From Archangiaceae bacterium (GTDB lineage: Bacteria; Myxococcota; Myxococcia; Myxococcales; Myxococcaceae): 16,291 nucleotides of DNA. Below the pieces are notes generated by a model. It searched no databases and had not been told where the DNA came from. It saw only the letters and a program-made list of their open reading frames with translations. The translations under genes and the position numbers were made by a program. Location: contig JAYVCD010000457.1 of the NCBI GenBank assembly GCA_043750125.1, positions 1 to 16,291 of the forward strand. The letters are read 5' to 3'. Of the stretch, positions 16,022 to 16,291 are shown in pieces. Position 1 is the first letter of the stretch. Each line of letters begins with the position of its first letter.

Positions 16022-16291
16022 GCGACCGCCGAGCGCGCTGCTCTGGGTGGCGACCTCGTCGTCGACTTCCTGGGGCCCCGCAGCCTGGCGCGGCGCTGAT
16101 GACTGCCAGCAGGCCGAAAAAGGGAACGACTGCAGCGCTGCGGGTTTGAGTGGCCATGGTTTTCGTCGAGCCGGTGAAGTGGACCGCCCTGACTAGCCCG
16201 ACCTTCGCAGACTTCGGCGGTTGAGCGGGGTCAGCGATGGTGCTTTCACGAGGGAGGGCCTTGTGCGGGAAGATCGCGCAATGGTAGTTGA

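Larger units (their letters stand above)
11616..16157 (-). pseudogene. Large two-module surface protein gene (~1513 aa if corrected) interrupted by two frameshifts: pseudogene, phase-variable gene or sequencing error
   Basis: Three pieces join by homology and signal logic: 16157-~16074 (signal and lipobox APGC), ~16072-~12804 (main ORF), and ~12800-11616 (the repeat continues as [15 protein letters not shown]). Confidence 0.7.

Noticed and set aside
16200-16291. c-di-GMP-I or c-di-AMP riboswitch upstream of the hydrolase gene
   Set aside because: Only fragments resemble the consensus (GAAA, ATCGCTGA); the core conserved elements are not present in the window.

Overview
GC-rich bacterial window, very probably from a myxobacterium (MYXO-CTERM-type sorting tails, Cys-rich lipoproteins with D-A/G-G linkers). 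The left and centre (1-11.5 kb) hold mostly core genes. These are the 3' end of a UbiA-family prenyltransferase and the minus-strand cluster [Cys/Gly-rich lipoprotein]-lptC-lptA-lptB-rpoN-hpf. An oppositely oriented GH3 NagZ-type lipoprotein gene splits that cluster from ptsN and a hypothetical gene, and a YcaQ/AlkZ-family DNA glycosylase gene lies beyond the cluster's start. The right end (11616-16157, minus strand) is the most unusual part: one ~4.5 kb coding region broken by two compensating frameshifts and built from two tandem homologous modules. Each module reads [lipoprotein signal - variable putative cell-wall enzyme - FG-GAP/VCBS-like 40-aa repeats - 3 HYR domains - MYXO-CTERM-like anchor]. 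Module 1 carries a DUF1906/GH25-like hydrolase, and module 2 an unrelated His/Ser-x-x-Cys (YkuD-like) domain. No stop codon separates them: the Arg cluster of the first anchor runs straight into a second h-region and lipobox, which suggests a membrane-processed polyprotein. All family assignments come from motif recognition by eye; no searches were run.
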